DNA of 64,000 nt from an uncultured Gammaproteobacteria bacterium (lineage in GTDB: Bacteria; Patescibacteriota; Microgenomatia; Levybacterales; GWA1-39-11): NCBI GenBank assembly GCA_964427615.1, contig CAYRUR010000001.1, forward strand, positions 119,303 through 183,302, read 5' to 3'. Position numbers and translations under genes: made by a program. The notes beneath the pieces were generated by a model that was not told the DNA's origin, did no database searches, and was given only the letters and a program-made list of their open reading frames with translations. Positions 45,639-57,062 of the stretch are shown piece by piece; position 1 is the stretch's first letter, and the number at the start of each line of letters is the position of its first letter.

Positions 45639-46884
45639 TTTCTACTGCATAATTGGTTCCTCTATCCCATGGATAGACTTGTTGCATATTGGCAAGGTAC
45701 ACATTTTGAAGAGGAGTTTTAATAGAAGGAATCATCTTGGAATAATTAACCGGTACAATAGGTTGTGCAAACGGTGCTTTGAAGATATGTGCTTGGATAA
45801 GCGTTTTACGGTAGTCCGTGTTGATCTGTTTTAAGAATGGATCAAAGCGTTTTAATAATTCTTCTGCACTGAGCGAAAAATGAGGATGATTGGCAGGAAG
45901 ATAATTGCCTAAATATACTAAGTGGTCATTGTTGTAATGCTTTTTGTTCATAAAATGCGTGTGTTCTACAATAGCCATCACAGGTGCATTTTTCTGACAA
46001 ATACTGAGCCAATAGGTATTGCTAGGCAAGAATTCTTTTTTAAGTCGCAATACCAGATTGATGGCTCCTAATCCATTAAGTTTTGCCAGTTTTTTACTGT
46101 AGGCAGTAGGAAGGTCAGGAGTTATCTGATCAAAAAGAGCTGAAGGAAGGGTTACTAACACTTTATCAAATTCCTGCACTGTTTTTTTTGTCTTTTTTTG
46201 GGTGTGTACCGTGATTTTATTGCGTTTGGGTTCTATACGAGTTACCTGTGTCTCAAAGTAAAAGGTAGCATTTTTGTTAGATAAAAAAGAGACAAGATGT
46301 TCTGCAAACCGCAGAAAACCACCCTCAGGATAGGCAAGAGAACTGGTTCTTTTTTTGATACGCGCCCAAAACCAGGCAAGTGAAACATCTGTGTGGTAAT
46401 CTCCAAATTTATTGACGAGCTGCGGTTCCCAAATAGTTTTATATGCTTTTTTTCCCATGAGTTTTGGTAGCATAGTTGCTGCATTAACCTGCTCGAGCGG
46501 TTGCCAAAATGGATCAAAGCGTAGTGCTGCCAGAACTCCGGCCATACGTAGGCGCTCAACCAGTGACAACTGAGGAAATGTCAGGATGTGTAAAGGAGAG
46601 TCAAGTTGGAAAATTTGATTATCAAGATAGACTGATGTTTTTGGGCGCTTAATAAGAACAGGATACTGTATGTCTGAGGCTAGTTTGAGAATTGCTTTAT
46701 CATTAGTAAACCAGTGATGATAGTGCTGCTCTAAAGTCCAGTTCCATTTATCAGTTTGAAATCCAAGGGCCAGTCCACCTGCAGTCTTATCTCTTTCAAA
46801 CAGAGTTACGGTGTGCCCTTTTTGAATTAATGTATAAGCAGCTGATAAACCCGTAAAACCGGCTCCAATAATTGCAATATTCAT
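45592..46884 (-). CDS. FAD-dependent oxidoreductase (amine-oxidase/CrtI-like fold; UDP-galactopyranose-mutase-like is possible)
   Basis: N-terminal dinucleotide-binding motif MNIAIIGAGFTGLSAAYTL...LFERDKTAGG. Length 430 aa. Confidence 0.6.
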   Translation of the reverse strand: MNIAIIGAGFTGLSAAYTLIQKGHTVTLFERDKTAGGLALGFQTDKWNWTLEQHYHHWFTNDKAILKLASDIQYPVLIKRPKTSVYLDNQIFQLDSPLHILTFPQLSLVERLRMAGVLAALRFDPFWQPLEQVNAATMLPKLMGKKAYKTIWEPQLVNKFGDYHTDVSLAWFWARIKKRTSSLAYPEGGFLRFAEHLVSFLSNKNATFYFETQVTRIEPKRNKITVHTQKKTKKTVQEFDKVLVTLPSALFDQITPDLPTAYSKKLAKLNGLGAINLVLRLKKEFLPSNTYWLSICQKNAPVMAIVEHTHFMNKKHYNNDHLVYLGNYLPANHPHFSLSAEELLKRFDPFLKQINTDYRKTLIQAHIFKAPFAQPIVPVNYSKMIPSIKTPLQNVYLANMQQVYPWDRGTNYAVEIGEKAAQIMVEDQKA

Positions 46885-46887
46885 GTG

Positions 46888-48303
46888 TTACAGAAGAAAT
46901 AGTATGGTTGCTCCCGTAACTATAAAAACGAGGGAAGCAAAAGTCAAGACAAGTGTTTGAGTCTCTCCTCCTGGCTCATCAATAGGTTGACGAGTAGGAG
47001 CAGTAGTGATGATAGGTGCTGTAGTAGGGGCGGTGGTGATAATAGGCGTAGGCTCCAGGGTAGGTGCCGGAGCTTCAGTTGGCGTAATCTCAATAGTAGG
47101 AACCGCTGTTGGCAGTGGAGTTGGTGTGGCTATAACAGTAGTCGGTGTAGGGGTAGGTACTTCAGTTGGTTGAGCAGAAGGAGTGGCACTGTCCGCAATT
47201 TGAGAGCCTGAGGAAAAAATAGTGACCGTGTGAGTTACTTGTCTGGCAATGCCTATGTTATCCTGTGTTTTGATGGTAATGTCGTGTTCTCCGATTGATA
47301 ATGGAATTTGAGGACGGTAAGACCAGAAGCCTGAGCCGTTGGCAGTAAGAGTAGTCTCTATGGTGCTGTTGGAAATAGAAAGATCTACCTCTTTATAAGG
47401 AACAGCAGTTCCTTGGATACGGGGACGCTCATCAGTCAGTGAGCTTCCATTTGTAGGTGAGGATATTTGAATAGGAGAAAGACGCGTCTTTTTCTCTTCT
47501 GGTACGTCAAAAGAAGCAGAAGGCGTGGCAGTTGTATCATCTTGCTCTGCAATAAAAGCAGTAAAATCATAGTCATTGGTCAAGGTGATAAGGGGAACAG
47601 CAGAAGCATCTTGTACAAAAATAGAAACATTTGACTCAGAGTCTTGTTGCAAAAATTGCAAGTGAACTTTTTCATCTGGATCTATGCTGAAGTACTCTTG
47701 CAAAGATTCATTTCTTATTTCTTGTAGAGAAAAAGTATAGTTTCCCTTTTCATCAGTCAGGGTTGCGATAGGCTGTGAGGAACCAACAGTTGCAATGACG
47801 ACTGTGTCAGTCCCCTCTGCTCCATCAGGTAGTATAAGAGTTCCTGTTATTGTTTGCTCTTTTTGGGTAGAAGGTTGTGCTAATTTTGGAGCAGTACGTG
47901 CCTGATATGGATTTTCCCCATCTAAGAAAACTTTCCCATCAGAGATAATAGAGAAGGAATAGTCAGTATCAGGATCTAGGTTATCAACCGAAATCAGATG
48001 TGAATAATAGGTGGCTTGTGCTCCATTTTTTTCTTTATTTCTCGTATCAAAATAAACTTTGTTCTCTCCATTTTGAGTAAGTTGAATAGCAGCATTTGTT
48101 TTACTAGTGGTGGTAAAAACCACAGTAAAGGATTTTTCCGTAACATTTACCACCCGTACGTATTTTGGTTCTGGTTGGGGAGTCGCTTTGGTAACCACAA
48201 AAACACCTGTCTGTACTACATAAGAAGTTATGGCAATACTACCTACTACCAAAAGGAGTGCAGCAAAGGTTGGAATTCTAATATGCCATATTTTTTTCTT
48301 CAT
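46888..48303 (-). CDS. Cell-surface protein with Ig-like beta domains, a Pro/Thr-rich stalk and a C-terminal transmembrane anchor
   Basis: N-terminal signal/anchor; a long PT-rich linker (TPTPTTVIATPTPLPTAVPTIEITPTEAPAPTLEPTP...); and a C-terminal hydrophobic helix. Confidence 0.45.
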   Translation of the reverse strand: MKKKIWHIRIPTFAALLLVVGSIAITSYVVQTGVFVVTKATPQPEPKYVRVVNVTEKSFTVVFTTTSKTNAAIQLTQNGENKVYFDTRNKEKNGAQATYYSHLISVDNLDPDTDYSFSIISDGKVFLDGENPYQARTAPKLAQPSTQKEQTITGTLILPDGAEGTDTVVIATVGSSQPIATLTDEKGNYTFSLQEIRNESLQEYFSIDPDEKVHLQFLQQDSESNVSIFVQDASAVPLITLTNDYDFTAFIAEQDDTTATPSASFDVPEEKKTRLSPIQISSPTNGSSLTDERPRIQGTAVPYKEVDLSISNSTIETTLTANGSGFWSYRPQIPLSIGEHDITIKTQDNIGIARQVTHTVTIFSSGSQIADSATPSAQPTEVPTPTPTTVIATPTPLPTAVPTIEITPTEAPAPTLEPTPIITTAPTTAPIITTAPTRQPIDEPGGETQTLVLTFASLVFIVTGATILFLL

Positions 48304-48318
48304 ATCTGTTTTTTATTC

Positions 48319-48621
48319 TTATAGTTCTGCAGCTGGTGTGGCTGTTGGTATTTCAGATGTATCGGGAATAGTTTCCTCAGGTGTAGTTGAGGCTGCTTTA
48401 CTAGCTACAGGGCTTTTTTCTTCTAGGTTAGCAGGGATAATTTTTCTACCCGAAAGCGAATTGACAGTTGCAGTATCAAATGAAGGAGCAATGGGTTTGA
48501 TACGGGATGTTGTTTCGGGCAAAATGGTTGATTCAGTAGCACTAAGATAGATAGTAACTACGGTAAAAATTAGTACCATTGCTGCAATAGATGCTGATAA
48601 GTAAAGGATGTTGCGTATCAT
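48319..48621 (-). CDS. Small secreted or membrane-anchored protein
   Basis: 100 aa, N-terminal hydrophobic helix, Thr/Pro-rich. Confidence 0.3.
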   Translation of the reverse strand: MIRNILYLSASIAAMVLIFTVVTIYLSATESTILPETTSRIKPIAPSFDTATVNSLSGRKIIPANLEEKSPVASKAASTTPEETIPDTSEIPTATPAAEL

Positions 48622-49244
48622 GGATTTGGTTTATAAAAATAGGTTCTTCCTGTAATGAGTGCTTCCTGATTTTCTCCAGTTGTGCCGGTAGTAACTCTTT
48701 CTAAGGTAATGATACGGTTAAAATTGATCAGGTCTTGCATAAAAGCATTGATTTGTGTTGTCCCACCTTGTAAAGACATGGTAAAGGTGAATGAAAAAAT
48801 GGATGCATTTTTTTTCACTCCTGGGTATAGTTCTATCGTACCAAAATCAAGCCGTTGTATCGAGAGATTATGGGTTGAGGCCAACATTTCCAATTGACGA
48901 GTCAGGGTAGGAATCTCAGGTGAGGATGGAATAGCATCCTGGATAAGAGTAGCTGTTTGACCCAAACTGGCATATGCACCATCTAATTTTTGCAAAGCTG
49001 CCAGTTTGGTCTCAAGAGCTTCTAGTACTAATTGGCTATCTTCTTTTTGTTTGTTTAGATTTGAGATAGTAGCCAATGTGGGTCTGATAGCAAAAAGAGT
49101 AAAAAATGACACAGTCAAAAGGGATAAAATAATATAAAAGGTTCCCTCAACTCTTTTTTGCTGCTGTTGCTTGAAAATTATTCTGTATTTTTTCCTATAC
49201 AGATTATAATATTTTTTTAATTCTGGTCTTAGTGTACTGATCAT
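48618..49244 (-). CDS. Bitopic membrane protein with coiled coil (PilO/PilN-like architecture)
   Basis: Cytoplasmic basic N-terminus, one transmembrane helix, then coiled coil plus a beta-rich periplasmic domain. Overlaps neighbours by 4 nt. There is no PilM-like gene upstream, so the function is uncertain. Confidence 0.35.
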   Translation of the reverse strand: MISTLRPELKKYYNLYRKKYRIIFKQQQQKRVEGTFYIILSLLTVSFFTLFAIRPTLATISNLNKQKEDSQLVLEALETKLAALQKLDGAYASLGQTATLIQDAIPSSPEIPTLTRQLEMLASTHNLSIQRLDFGTIELYPGVKKNASIFSFTFTMSLQGGTTQINAFMQDLINFNRIITLERVTTGTTGENQEALITGRTYFYKPNP

Positions 49245-49810
49245 AAGAGATTTTCTAGTTCTTTTTTCAATTCTACTGTTAGTTTAAATTTAATGCCCAG
49301 AGGTGTGCTGTTGATTTCGTTTACTCCAAGAGACTGAATTTCATCTTTATGTTTTTTTACTAACTCATCAATGGCACTATTGAGCTGAAAAATGGTAAAA
49401 GTGCCTCCGTCAATGGTGATGGTGTTTTGAAAAATAATAAGATTGGTAGCAGTAAAGGTGCCGTTATTAATTTTTGCAAGCAAATCTTCCATAACTGCCA
49501 ATTTGCTTGCTGTTTCTTGATTGGTACGTTTTATAAGGGTTAATCGTTCTTGGATGCTGCGGTACCGCTCTTCTTTGTCTTTTTGTGCTTTCACAAATAC
49601 TTCTTGTTTTCTAATTTGATCATGTAAATCAGTGATTTGTCTATCAATAGCAAAACGGTACATCAATGCTCCCAGTGCAATAAGTTCTGTTACTACAATA
49701 ATAATTCTACCTGCATGAACAGCCCACTGAAAAAAAATGTTTTCAAAATTTTTCTTAGGTCTTCCACTGAGATCAATTTGGATGCGTTGAGGGTTATTTG
49801 AGCTTCCCAT
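49241..49810 (-). CDS. Bitopic membrane protein with coiled coil (PilN-like architecture)
   Basis: Same architecture as the previous gene and co-directional with it in a 4-gene operon. Confidence 0.35.
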   Translation of the reverse strand: MGSSNNPQRIQIDLSGRPKKNFENIFFQWAVHAGRIIIVVTELIALGALMYRFAIDRQITDLHDQIRKQEVFVKAQKDKEERYRSIQERLTLIKRTNQETASKLAVMEDLLAKINNGTFTATNLIIFQNTITIDGGTFTIFQLNSAIDELVKKHKDEIQSLGVNEINSTPLGIKFKLTVELKKELENLL

Positions 49811-49868
49811 ACATCTTAAAGTTTAGAAGCTTTTTGCTGTTTTGTAAAGGAAGAGATAAGGGAAAGTA

Positions 49869-50186
49869 TTAGGCTTTTTTCTTAGAAGAAGTTGCTGTTT
49901 TTTTCTTCGTTACTGTTTTTGTAGTTTTTTTAACAGTAGAGGTAGCAGCAACAGTTGTCCCTTCTGCTTGTTTTGATAAGGATGATTTAAGTCTTGCAGC
50001 TTTATTTAGATGGATAAGTCTTTTTTTAGCTGCTTTATCAATTACGGAAAATGCCTCACTAAGGGTCTTTTCTCCCTTTTTGGCATTTTTTACAATATCT
50101 TTTACTTTTCTTCTCAAAGAGTCATTAAGTATTTCTCTTTTTACATCTTGTCGAAGCTTTTTAATAGCTGATTTTGTTACTGGCAT
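49869..50186 (-). CDS. rpsT: 30S ribosomal protein S20
   Basis: MPVTKSAIKKLRQDVKREILNDSLRRKVKDIVKNAKK... is an S20-like basic helical protein, with a Lys-rich C-terminal extension. Confidence 0.75.
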   Translation of the reverse strand: MPVTKSAIKKLRQDVKREILNDSLRRKVKDIVKNAKKGEKTLSEAFSVIDKAAKKRLIHLNKAARLKSSLSKQAEGTTVAATSTVKKTTKTVTKKKTATSSKKKA

Positions 50187-50231
50187 GGGAGTATTTTACC
50201 ATGGTATACTTAAAAAAACAATAAACATACC

Positions 50232-51878
50232 ATGGTAAGAGATCTTTTCAGGAAAAGCCTGAGTGCCTTAACAGCAAAGCAGACCAATATATTTTCCGCA
50301 GCATTCTATATTTTTGCCACCACCATTCTGGCGCAGCTTCTAGGTATTTTTAAGTACAGACTTTTGGTCTCTGTATTTGGAGCTTCAGATAATCTTGGTG
50401 TTTTTTTTGCTGCTTTTAGGATTCCTGATGTTATTATGCAAGTTTTAATTACTGCTGCTGTTTCTTCAGCATTTATCCCTCTTTTTTCTGATTTTTTAGT
50501 TAAAGATAAGAAGGAAGAAGCCTATTCATTTACCTCCACTCTTATCACATTAGGTCTTGTAGCCTACATTGTTATTGCGCTGTTTGTGTCTATTTTTGCT
50601 CAACAGCTTTCAATGCTTATTGCGCCTGGTTTTTCTCCTGCACAGCTAGAGTTGATGACTCAACTTACGCGTATTATTTTGCTTTCTCAGGTATTCATGA
50701 TTTTAGGAACAGTAGTAACTGCAGTTCTGCAGTCTTTTCAGCATTTCTTAATTCCGGGAATTGCTGCTGCACTGTATAACTTAGGTATTATTGTAGGGTT
50801 GCTTCTTTTTACGCCTCTTTTTGGTATTTATGGAGCTGCAATAGGTGTGGTTTTAGGATCTGTTCTTTTTTTCCTTTTCCAGCTTCCGTTAATGAAGGGC
50901 TCTTGGTCTATTTTTAAGCCACGGTTTGCATTTACCACGGAAATTAAAAAACTATATGCACTTTCTATTCCCAGAGGTCTTACTCTTTTAGTAGTGGGAC
51001 TTGGTTCTATGGTGAGTGTTTTTTTTGCTTCCTTTATTTCTCCTAAAAGCTATGTGTATTTTGATCTTGCCCAAACCTTGATGCTTGCACCAGTACTTCT
51101 TTTTGGGCAATCAATTGCACAAGCTAGTTTTCCAGCACTTGCTCAAAAAGTGCATGATAAAAAAGAGTTTGTATCTATTTTCTTAAGTTCTTTTGGTCAA
51201 ATTGTGTATTTAACGTTGCCGGTTAGTGTGCTTTTTATTGTGTTGCGTATTCCTTTAGTCCGTTTGTTTTATGGTGCATCTCGCTTTGACTGGGAAGCAA
51301 CTGTTGCTACTGGTATGACTCTTTCTTTTTTTGCTTTGTCTATTTTTGCCCAAGCTCTCATTTATTTATTCTCACGGGTATTTTATGCGTATAAAGATAC
51401 CAAAACACCACTCATTGTTACAGTCGGCTCCATTGGTATTTATATTTTCTTAGCATACATATTTATTTTGGTAGGTGGTCAATCAATTCACTATTTAGCC
51501 TTTTCTTATTCGGTGGCTAATATTTTTAGTGTTATCGTCCTGTTGTGGTATGTAAATAAGAGAATTGAGTTGCCGAAATGGTTGATGGTAAAAGATTTTA
51601 TAAAAATTGCAGTTGCAACTATTATTATGGGAATTTGTTTGTATATTCCTATCAAGTTGTTGGATCAGCTTGTTTTTGATACGACTCGTACTATCAATCT
51701 TATGATGCTTACCGGTATTGCCTCAGCTGCTGGATTTGCTGCATTCATTTTTTTCACCTGGTTACTTAATATTAAAGAAGCATATGTGATTATTGCTGTT
51801 TTAAAGAAATTTGGGAAATGGGATAAGATGCTTAAGCAACTCCGTGAGCCAATTGAGGGTTCACGCCTCAATCCCTAA
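50232..51878 (+). CDS. murJ: Lipid II flippase MurJ (MviN)
   Basis: 548 aa with 14 predicted transmembrane helices. The N-terminal region SAAFYIFATTILAQLLGIFKYRLLVSVFGASDNLGVFFAAFRIPD...AFIPLFS is typical MurJ. Confidence 0.85.
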   Translation: MVRDLFRKSLSALTAKQTNIFSAAFYIFATTILAQLLGIFKYRLLVSVFGASDNLGVFFAAFRIPDVIMQVLITAAVSSAFIPLFSDFLVKDKKEEAYSFTSTLITLGLVAYIVIALFVSIFAQQLSMLIAPGFSPAQLELMTQLTRIILLSQVFMILGTVVTAVLQSFQHFLIPGIAAALYNLGIIVGLLLFTPLFGIYGAAIGVVLGSVLFFLFQLPLMKGSWSIFKPRFAFTTEIKKLYALSIPRGLTLLVVGLGSMVSVFFASFISPKSYVYFDLAQTLMLAPVLLFGQSIAQASFPALAQKVHDKKEFVSIFLSSFGQIVYLTLPVSVLFIVLRIPLVRLFYGASRFDWEATVATGMTLSFFALSIFAQALIYLFSRVFYAYKDTKTPLIVTVGSIGIYIFLAYIFILVGGQSIHYLAFSYSVANIFSVIVLLWYVNKRIELPKWLMVKDFIKIAVATIIMGICLYIPIKLLDQLVFDTTRTINLMMLTGIASAAGFAAFIFFTWLLNIKEAYVIIAVLKKFGKWDKMLKQLREPIEGSRLNP

Positions 51879-51910
51879 TTGCATTCCTCTTTTTTCTTCT
51901 CCAGGCAGTC

Positions 51911-53704
51911 TTGTCTGAGGTCTGGTATAATCGTGAAGCTATGCAAACAGAAAAAATAAGAAATTTTGCCATTATTGCCCATGTAGATCATGGAAAATCT
52001 ACTTTAGCCGATAGACTTTTGGAATTAACCGGTACGATAACCAAGGAAAAAATTGGTGAACAGTTCTTGGATTCCAATCCTATTGCGCGAGAACATGGTA
52101 TTACCATCAAACTTGCCCCTGTCAGAATGGACTACCAGCTAGAGGGAAAGCCGTACGTACTTAATTTAATTGATACTCCGGGACACGTGGACTTTTCTTA
52201 TGAGGTAATTCGTACGCTGTATGCGTGTGAAGGTGCAGTATTGGTGGTTGATGCTACCAAAGGAATTCAGGCGCAAACTATTGCAAATTTTACTCATGCT
52301 TTTAACTTAGGACTAACCATTATTCCGGTTATTAATAAAGTTGATTTACCTACTGCAAATGTAGAAAAAGTAGAAAAGGAACTGGGGGAAGCATTTGGGT
52401 TTGATAAATCCGAGATACTGCATATTTCAGCAAAAACTGGGCTAGGTGTAGAAGCTGTAATTAAAGCAATTATCGATCGTATCCCTGCACCTAAAGCAGA
52501 TGCTAGTAAGTCGACTCAAGCTTTTATTTTTGACTCAGTCTATGATACACATCGGGGAATTGTGATTTATGCCAAAGTAGCCAATGGAGTGGTGAGAAAA
52601 GGAGAAGAAATTGTGTTTTTGTCTGATGGCTCAAAAGCCTTGGTTATGGATGTGGGATACATGAAACCTTCTTTTACCTCTGCTGAGGAATTGACTGCAG
52701 GAAACGTAGGTTATATTTTGACCAATATTAAAGATATTAGCCAAGCAAAAGTAGGAGACACGTTGACGCATGAGCTGGCAAAAGGAGAAGCGCTTCCTGG
52801 GTACAAACCATTAAAGCCATTTGTATTTTTAAGTATTTATCCTTCTGAAAGTACGAATGTAGAGTTGTTGAGAAAAGCGCTATTTTCACTCAAACTCAAT
52901 GATGCATCACTTGAATTTACACCTGATTACTCAACTATTTTGGGCACTGGTTTTCGCTGTGGATTTTTAGGACTACTGCATGCACAAATTATTGTCGAAC
53001 GAATAGAAAAAGAGTATGGCATTGATGTCTACACTGCTCCTCCCAATATTGCCTATATGGTAAACGGTGAAATGATTACTTCTGCGAAAGAATTTGATAT
53101 CAGCCAAAAAGATATTAAAGAACCCTATGTAAGAGCAGAAATTTATACCCCGGAAGAATACTTGGGTGGATTTATGGATCTTATTTATCAACGGCGTGGA
53201 GAGAATACAGATGTGGAGTACTACGCTTCTCAGATAAAAATTACGTTTGAGATTCCGCTTGCCAGTATTGTATATGACTTTTTTGATCGTTTGAAAAGCA
53301 TCTCATCAGGGTATGCTTCTTTTGATTATGAGTTTCTGGATTATCGCAGTTCTGATTTAGTACGGGTAGATATTGCAGTCAATGATGTTTTAGTTCCTGA
53401 ATTTTCATTTGTAGTGCATAAAGGAGAAGCAGACAGTTTTGCCCGTAAAATTACCAAAACCTTATCAGAATCTATTCCGAAACACATGTTTATCATCACA
53501 GTACAGGCCAGAATTGGAGGGCGCATTTTAGCAAGCGAAAAAATTGCGTCATTATCTAAAAACGTAACAGCAAAGTTATATGGTGGCGATATTACGCGAA
53601 AAATGAAGCTGATAGAAAAACAGAGAGAAGGAAAGAAAAAAATGAAAACAATTGGTAAAGTCAGTATCCCCAAAGAAGCTTTTCTTTCAGTATTAAAAAT
53701 TTAA
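51911..53704 (+). CDS. lepA: Elongation factor 4 (LepA)
   Basis: IRNFAIIAHVDHGKSTLADRLLELTG G1 motif, DTPGHVDF, NKVD, and the LepA-specific C-terminal domain. The start may be the Met at about 51941. Confidence 0.9.
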   Translation: MSEVWYNREAMQTEKIRNFAIIAHVDHGKSTLADRLLELTGTITKEKIGEQFLDSNPIAREHGITIKLAPVRMDYQLEGKPYVLNLIDTPGHVDFSYEVIRTLYACEGAVLVVDATKGIQAQTIANFTHAFNLGLTIIPVINKVDLPTANVEKVEKELGEAFGFDKSEILHISAKTGLGVEAVIKAIIDRIPAPKADASKSTQAFIFDSVYDTHRGIVIYAKVANGVVRKGEEIVFLSDGSKALVMDVGYMKPSFTSAEELTAGNVGYILTNIKDISQAKVGDTLTHELAKGEALPGYKPLKPFVFLSIYPSESTNVELLRKALFSLKLNDASLEFTPDYSTILGTGFRCGFLGLLHAQIIVERIEKEYGIDVYTAPPNIAYMVNGEMITSAKEFDISQKDIKEPYVRAEIYTPEEYLGGFMDLIYQRRGENTDVEYYASQIKITFEIPLASIVYDFFDRLKSISSGYASFDYEFLDYRSSDLVRVDIAVNDVLVPEFSFVVHKGEADSFARKITKTLSESIPKHMFIITVQARIGGRILASEKIASLSKNVTAKLYGGDITRKMKLIEKQREGKKKMKTIGKVSIPKEAFLSVLKI

Positions 53705-53711
53705 GGTGTGT

Positions 53712-54791
53712 TTATAAAGTAAACAGGAAGATGCCTCCTAGAACAGTAAGTAGGATTCCTCCAATAACACCAATGGTTGTAGCAACACTACCAGTAGCCG
53801 GAAGGGTTGGTTTTGCAGTATCCGTAGGCGCAGTAGGAGCTTGGGTAGGCTCTTCAGTTGGAGCCCCAGCTGCTACACTAATTGTTTGAGTACAGGACTG
53901 GCTAATGGCTCCTTTGTCATCTGTGAAGACAACAGATGCGTTAAATGTTCCCATATTCTGATAGGTATGTGTAACTTGTGAGCTGACAGTAGCAATATTC
54001 ATGCCGTCAGTTACATCTTGTGCTTGTCCATCACCAAAATCAAACGTTGCTTTACTAATAAGTCCATCTGAGTCAGATCCATTGGCTGAAAGTGTAACAG
54101 AAAGTGGTGCAGAACCTGATGCTTGAGGGGCAACCAGCAAATTGGTACAAACTGGTGCATTATTTAAGTCACTTACTTGTGTGGTAGGAGATGGGATGAT
54201 ACTAGGAGAGGGTGCAGGTGTGGTAGAGGGAGTAGCACCTTGTAAAACAGTAACATTGGCAGGTGAGGCATTGGCTAGCACATTTTCTCCTGCTTGATCA
54301 TCTGAGGAAAGAGATAAGACTTGGGTCGCACCAGGATCAAAGGTCACCTGTATGGCCTGTCCTCCTGTCTCTTGCAGGGCTTTAAAAGTTACTACCGCAA
54401 CATCAGTAGGAGCTTGAATGGCTTTGGTGACATCAGAACCAATACCCAGAGAAATAACAGTACTTCCTGAGGTAATAGTGGGTCCTTCAAGGGTAAGTGG
54501 AAATGAGGTGGAAGGAGTTATTGTAACCACTTCCAATTTTTGTGGGTCATAGAGTAAATTGAATTTTACATAGGACACAATATTTTTCCCAGGATCAAGA
54601 CGCACGGTAATAGGAAACTCTTCTCCTGCTGATATAGTAGAGTCAGGAGGAGTAAGCGTAAGGGTGCTGGTAGGAGCAGCTTGGGTACGTACATCTTGCT
54701 GCTGTTTTACAAAGTACATCGTTAGTGGGATGCTAATAAGGAGAAGGGCAATAACACCCAGAAAAAAATATTTATTGGCTACATTTTTCAT
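53712..54791 (-). CDS. Surface protein with cohesin/PKD-like domains and a C-terminal LPATG motif followed by a hydrophobic segment (sortase-type sorting signal)
   Basis: N-terminal signal/anchor. FDFGDGQ PKD-like motif. C-terminal ...AKPTLPATGSVATTIGVIGGILLTVLGGIFLFTL. Confidence 0.5.
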   Translation of the reverse strand: MKNVANKYFFLGVIALLLISIPLTMYFVKQQQDVRTQAAPTSTLTLTPPDSTISAGEEFPITVRLDPGKNIVSYVKFNLLYDPQKLEVVTITPSTSFPLTLEGPTITSGSTVISLGIGSDVTKAIQAPTDVAVVTFKALQETGGQAIQVTFDPGATQVLSLSSDDQAGENVLANASPANVTVLQGATPSTTPAPSPSIIPSPTTQVSDLNNAPVCTNLLVAPQASGSAPLSVTLSANGSDSDGLISKATFDFGDGQAQDVTDGMNIATVSSQVTHTYQNMGTFNASVVFTDDKGAISQSCTQTISVAAGAPTEEPTQAPTAPTDTAKPTLPATGSVATTIGVIGGILLTVLGGIFLFTL

Positions 54792-55000
54792 GTTTTAAGG
54801 CAAGGATACTATAAAATAGCGTAGATGATTTTACGTGGTAAGTCAATAAGCTTGCCCTGTCAGAATAAGCTAATAGATTTAGATTATGAACATAAGGTAA
54901 AGATAACAGGAAAAATATTATAGGTTATTGACAAGAATTTTAAATTCTTGTAATATTTTAGCACTTAGACATTTTAATTGATAGAATTCTTTTAGAGATT

Positions 55001-55303
55001 ATGGCAACAACAGCAAACAACCTAAAGCCGCTTTTTACCAATGTACTGATAAAACCAGTAGAAGCTGAAGCAACCACTGCAAGTGGTATTGTCCTTCCTG
55101 ATACTGCACAAGAAAAACCACAAATGGGTATTATTATGGCAGTTGGTGAGGGAGATACTACTGCTGAAGGAAAAAAAATTGAAATGAAAGTAAAGGTTGG
55201 ACAAAAAGTAGTATACAAAAAGTGGGGAGGCAATGAAGTCAAAGTAGGAACAGAAGAATGGACAATTATTGATCAACGTGATATCTTAGCAATTGTAGAA
55301 TAA
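55001..55303 (+). CDS. groES: Co-chaperonin GroES
   Basis: LKPLFTNVLIKPVEAEATTASGIVLPDTAQEKPQMGIIMAVGEG is the typical Cpn10 pattern. Lies 15 nt upstream of groEL. Confidence 0.9.
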   Translation: MATTANNLKPLFTNVLIKPVEAEATTASGIVLPDTAQEKPQMGIIMAVGEGDTTAEGKKIEMKVKVGQKVVYKKWGGNEVKVGTEEWTIIDQRDILAIVE

Positions 55304-56992
<1,689 letters not shown>

Positions 56993-57062
56993 TAAGTAGT
57001 GCTGTACTTTTCCTCAGAAAACTCTTCCTTATTTTTCCTTAATTTTTTACAATATATCTTGT

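Noticed and set aside
48618-49810. Calling these two genes pilN/pilO of a type IV pilus
   Set aside because: Only the bitopic coiled-coil architecture matches. No pilM, pilB/pilT ATPase, pilC platform or prepilin peptidase is nearby, so they are kept as architecture-only annotations.
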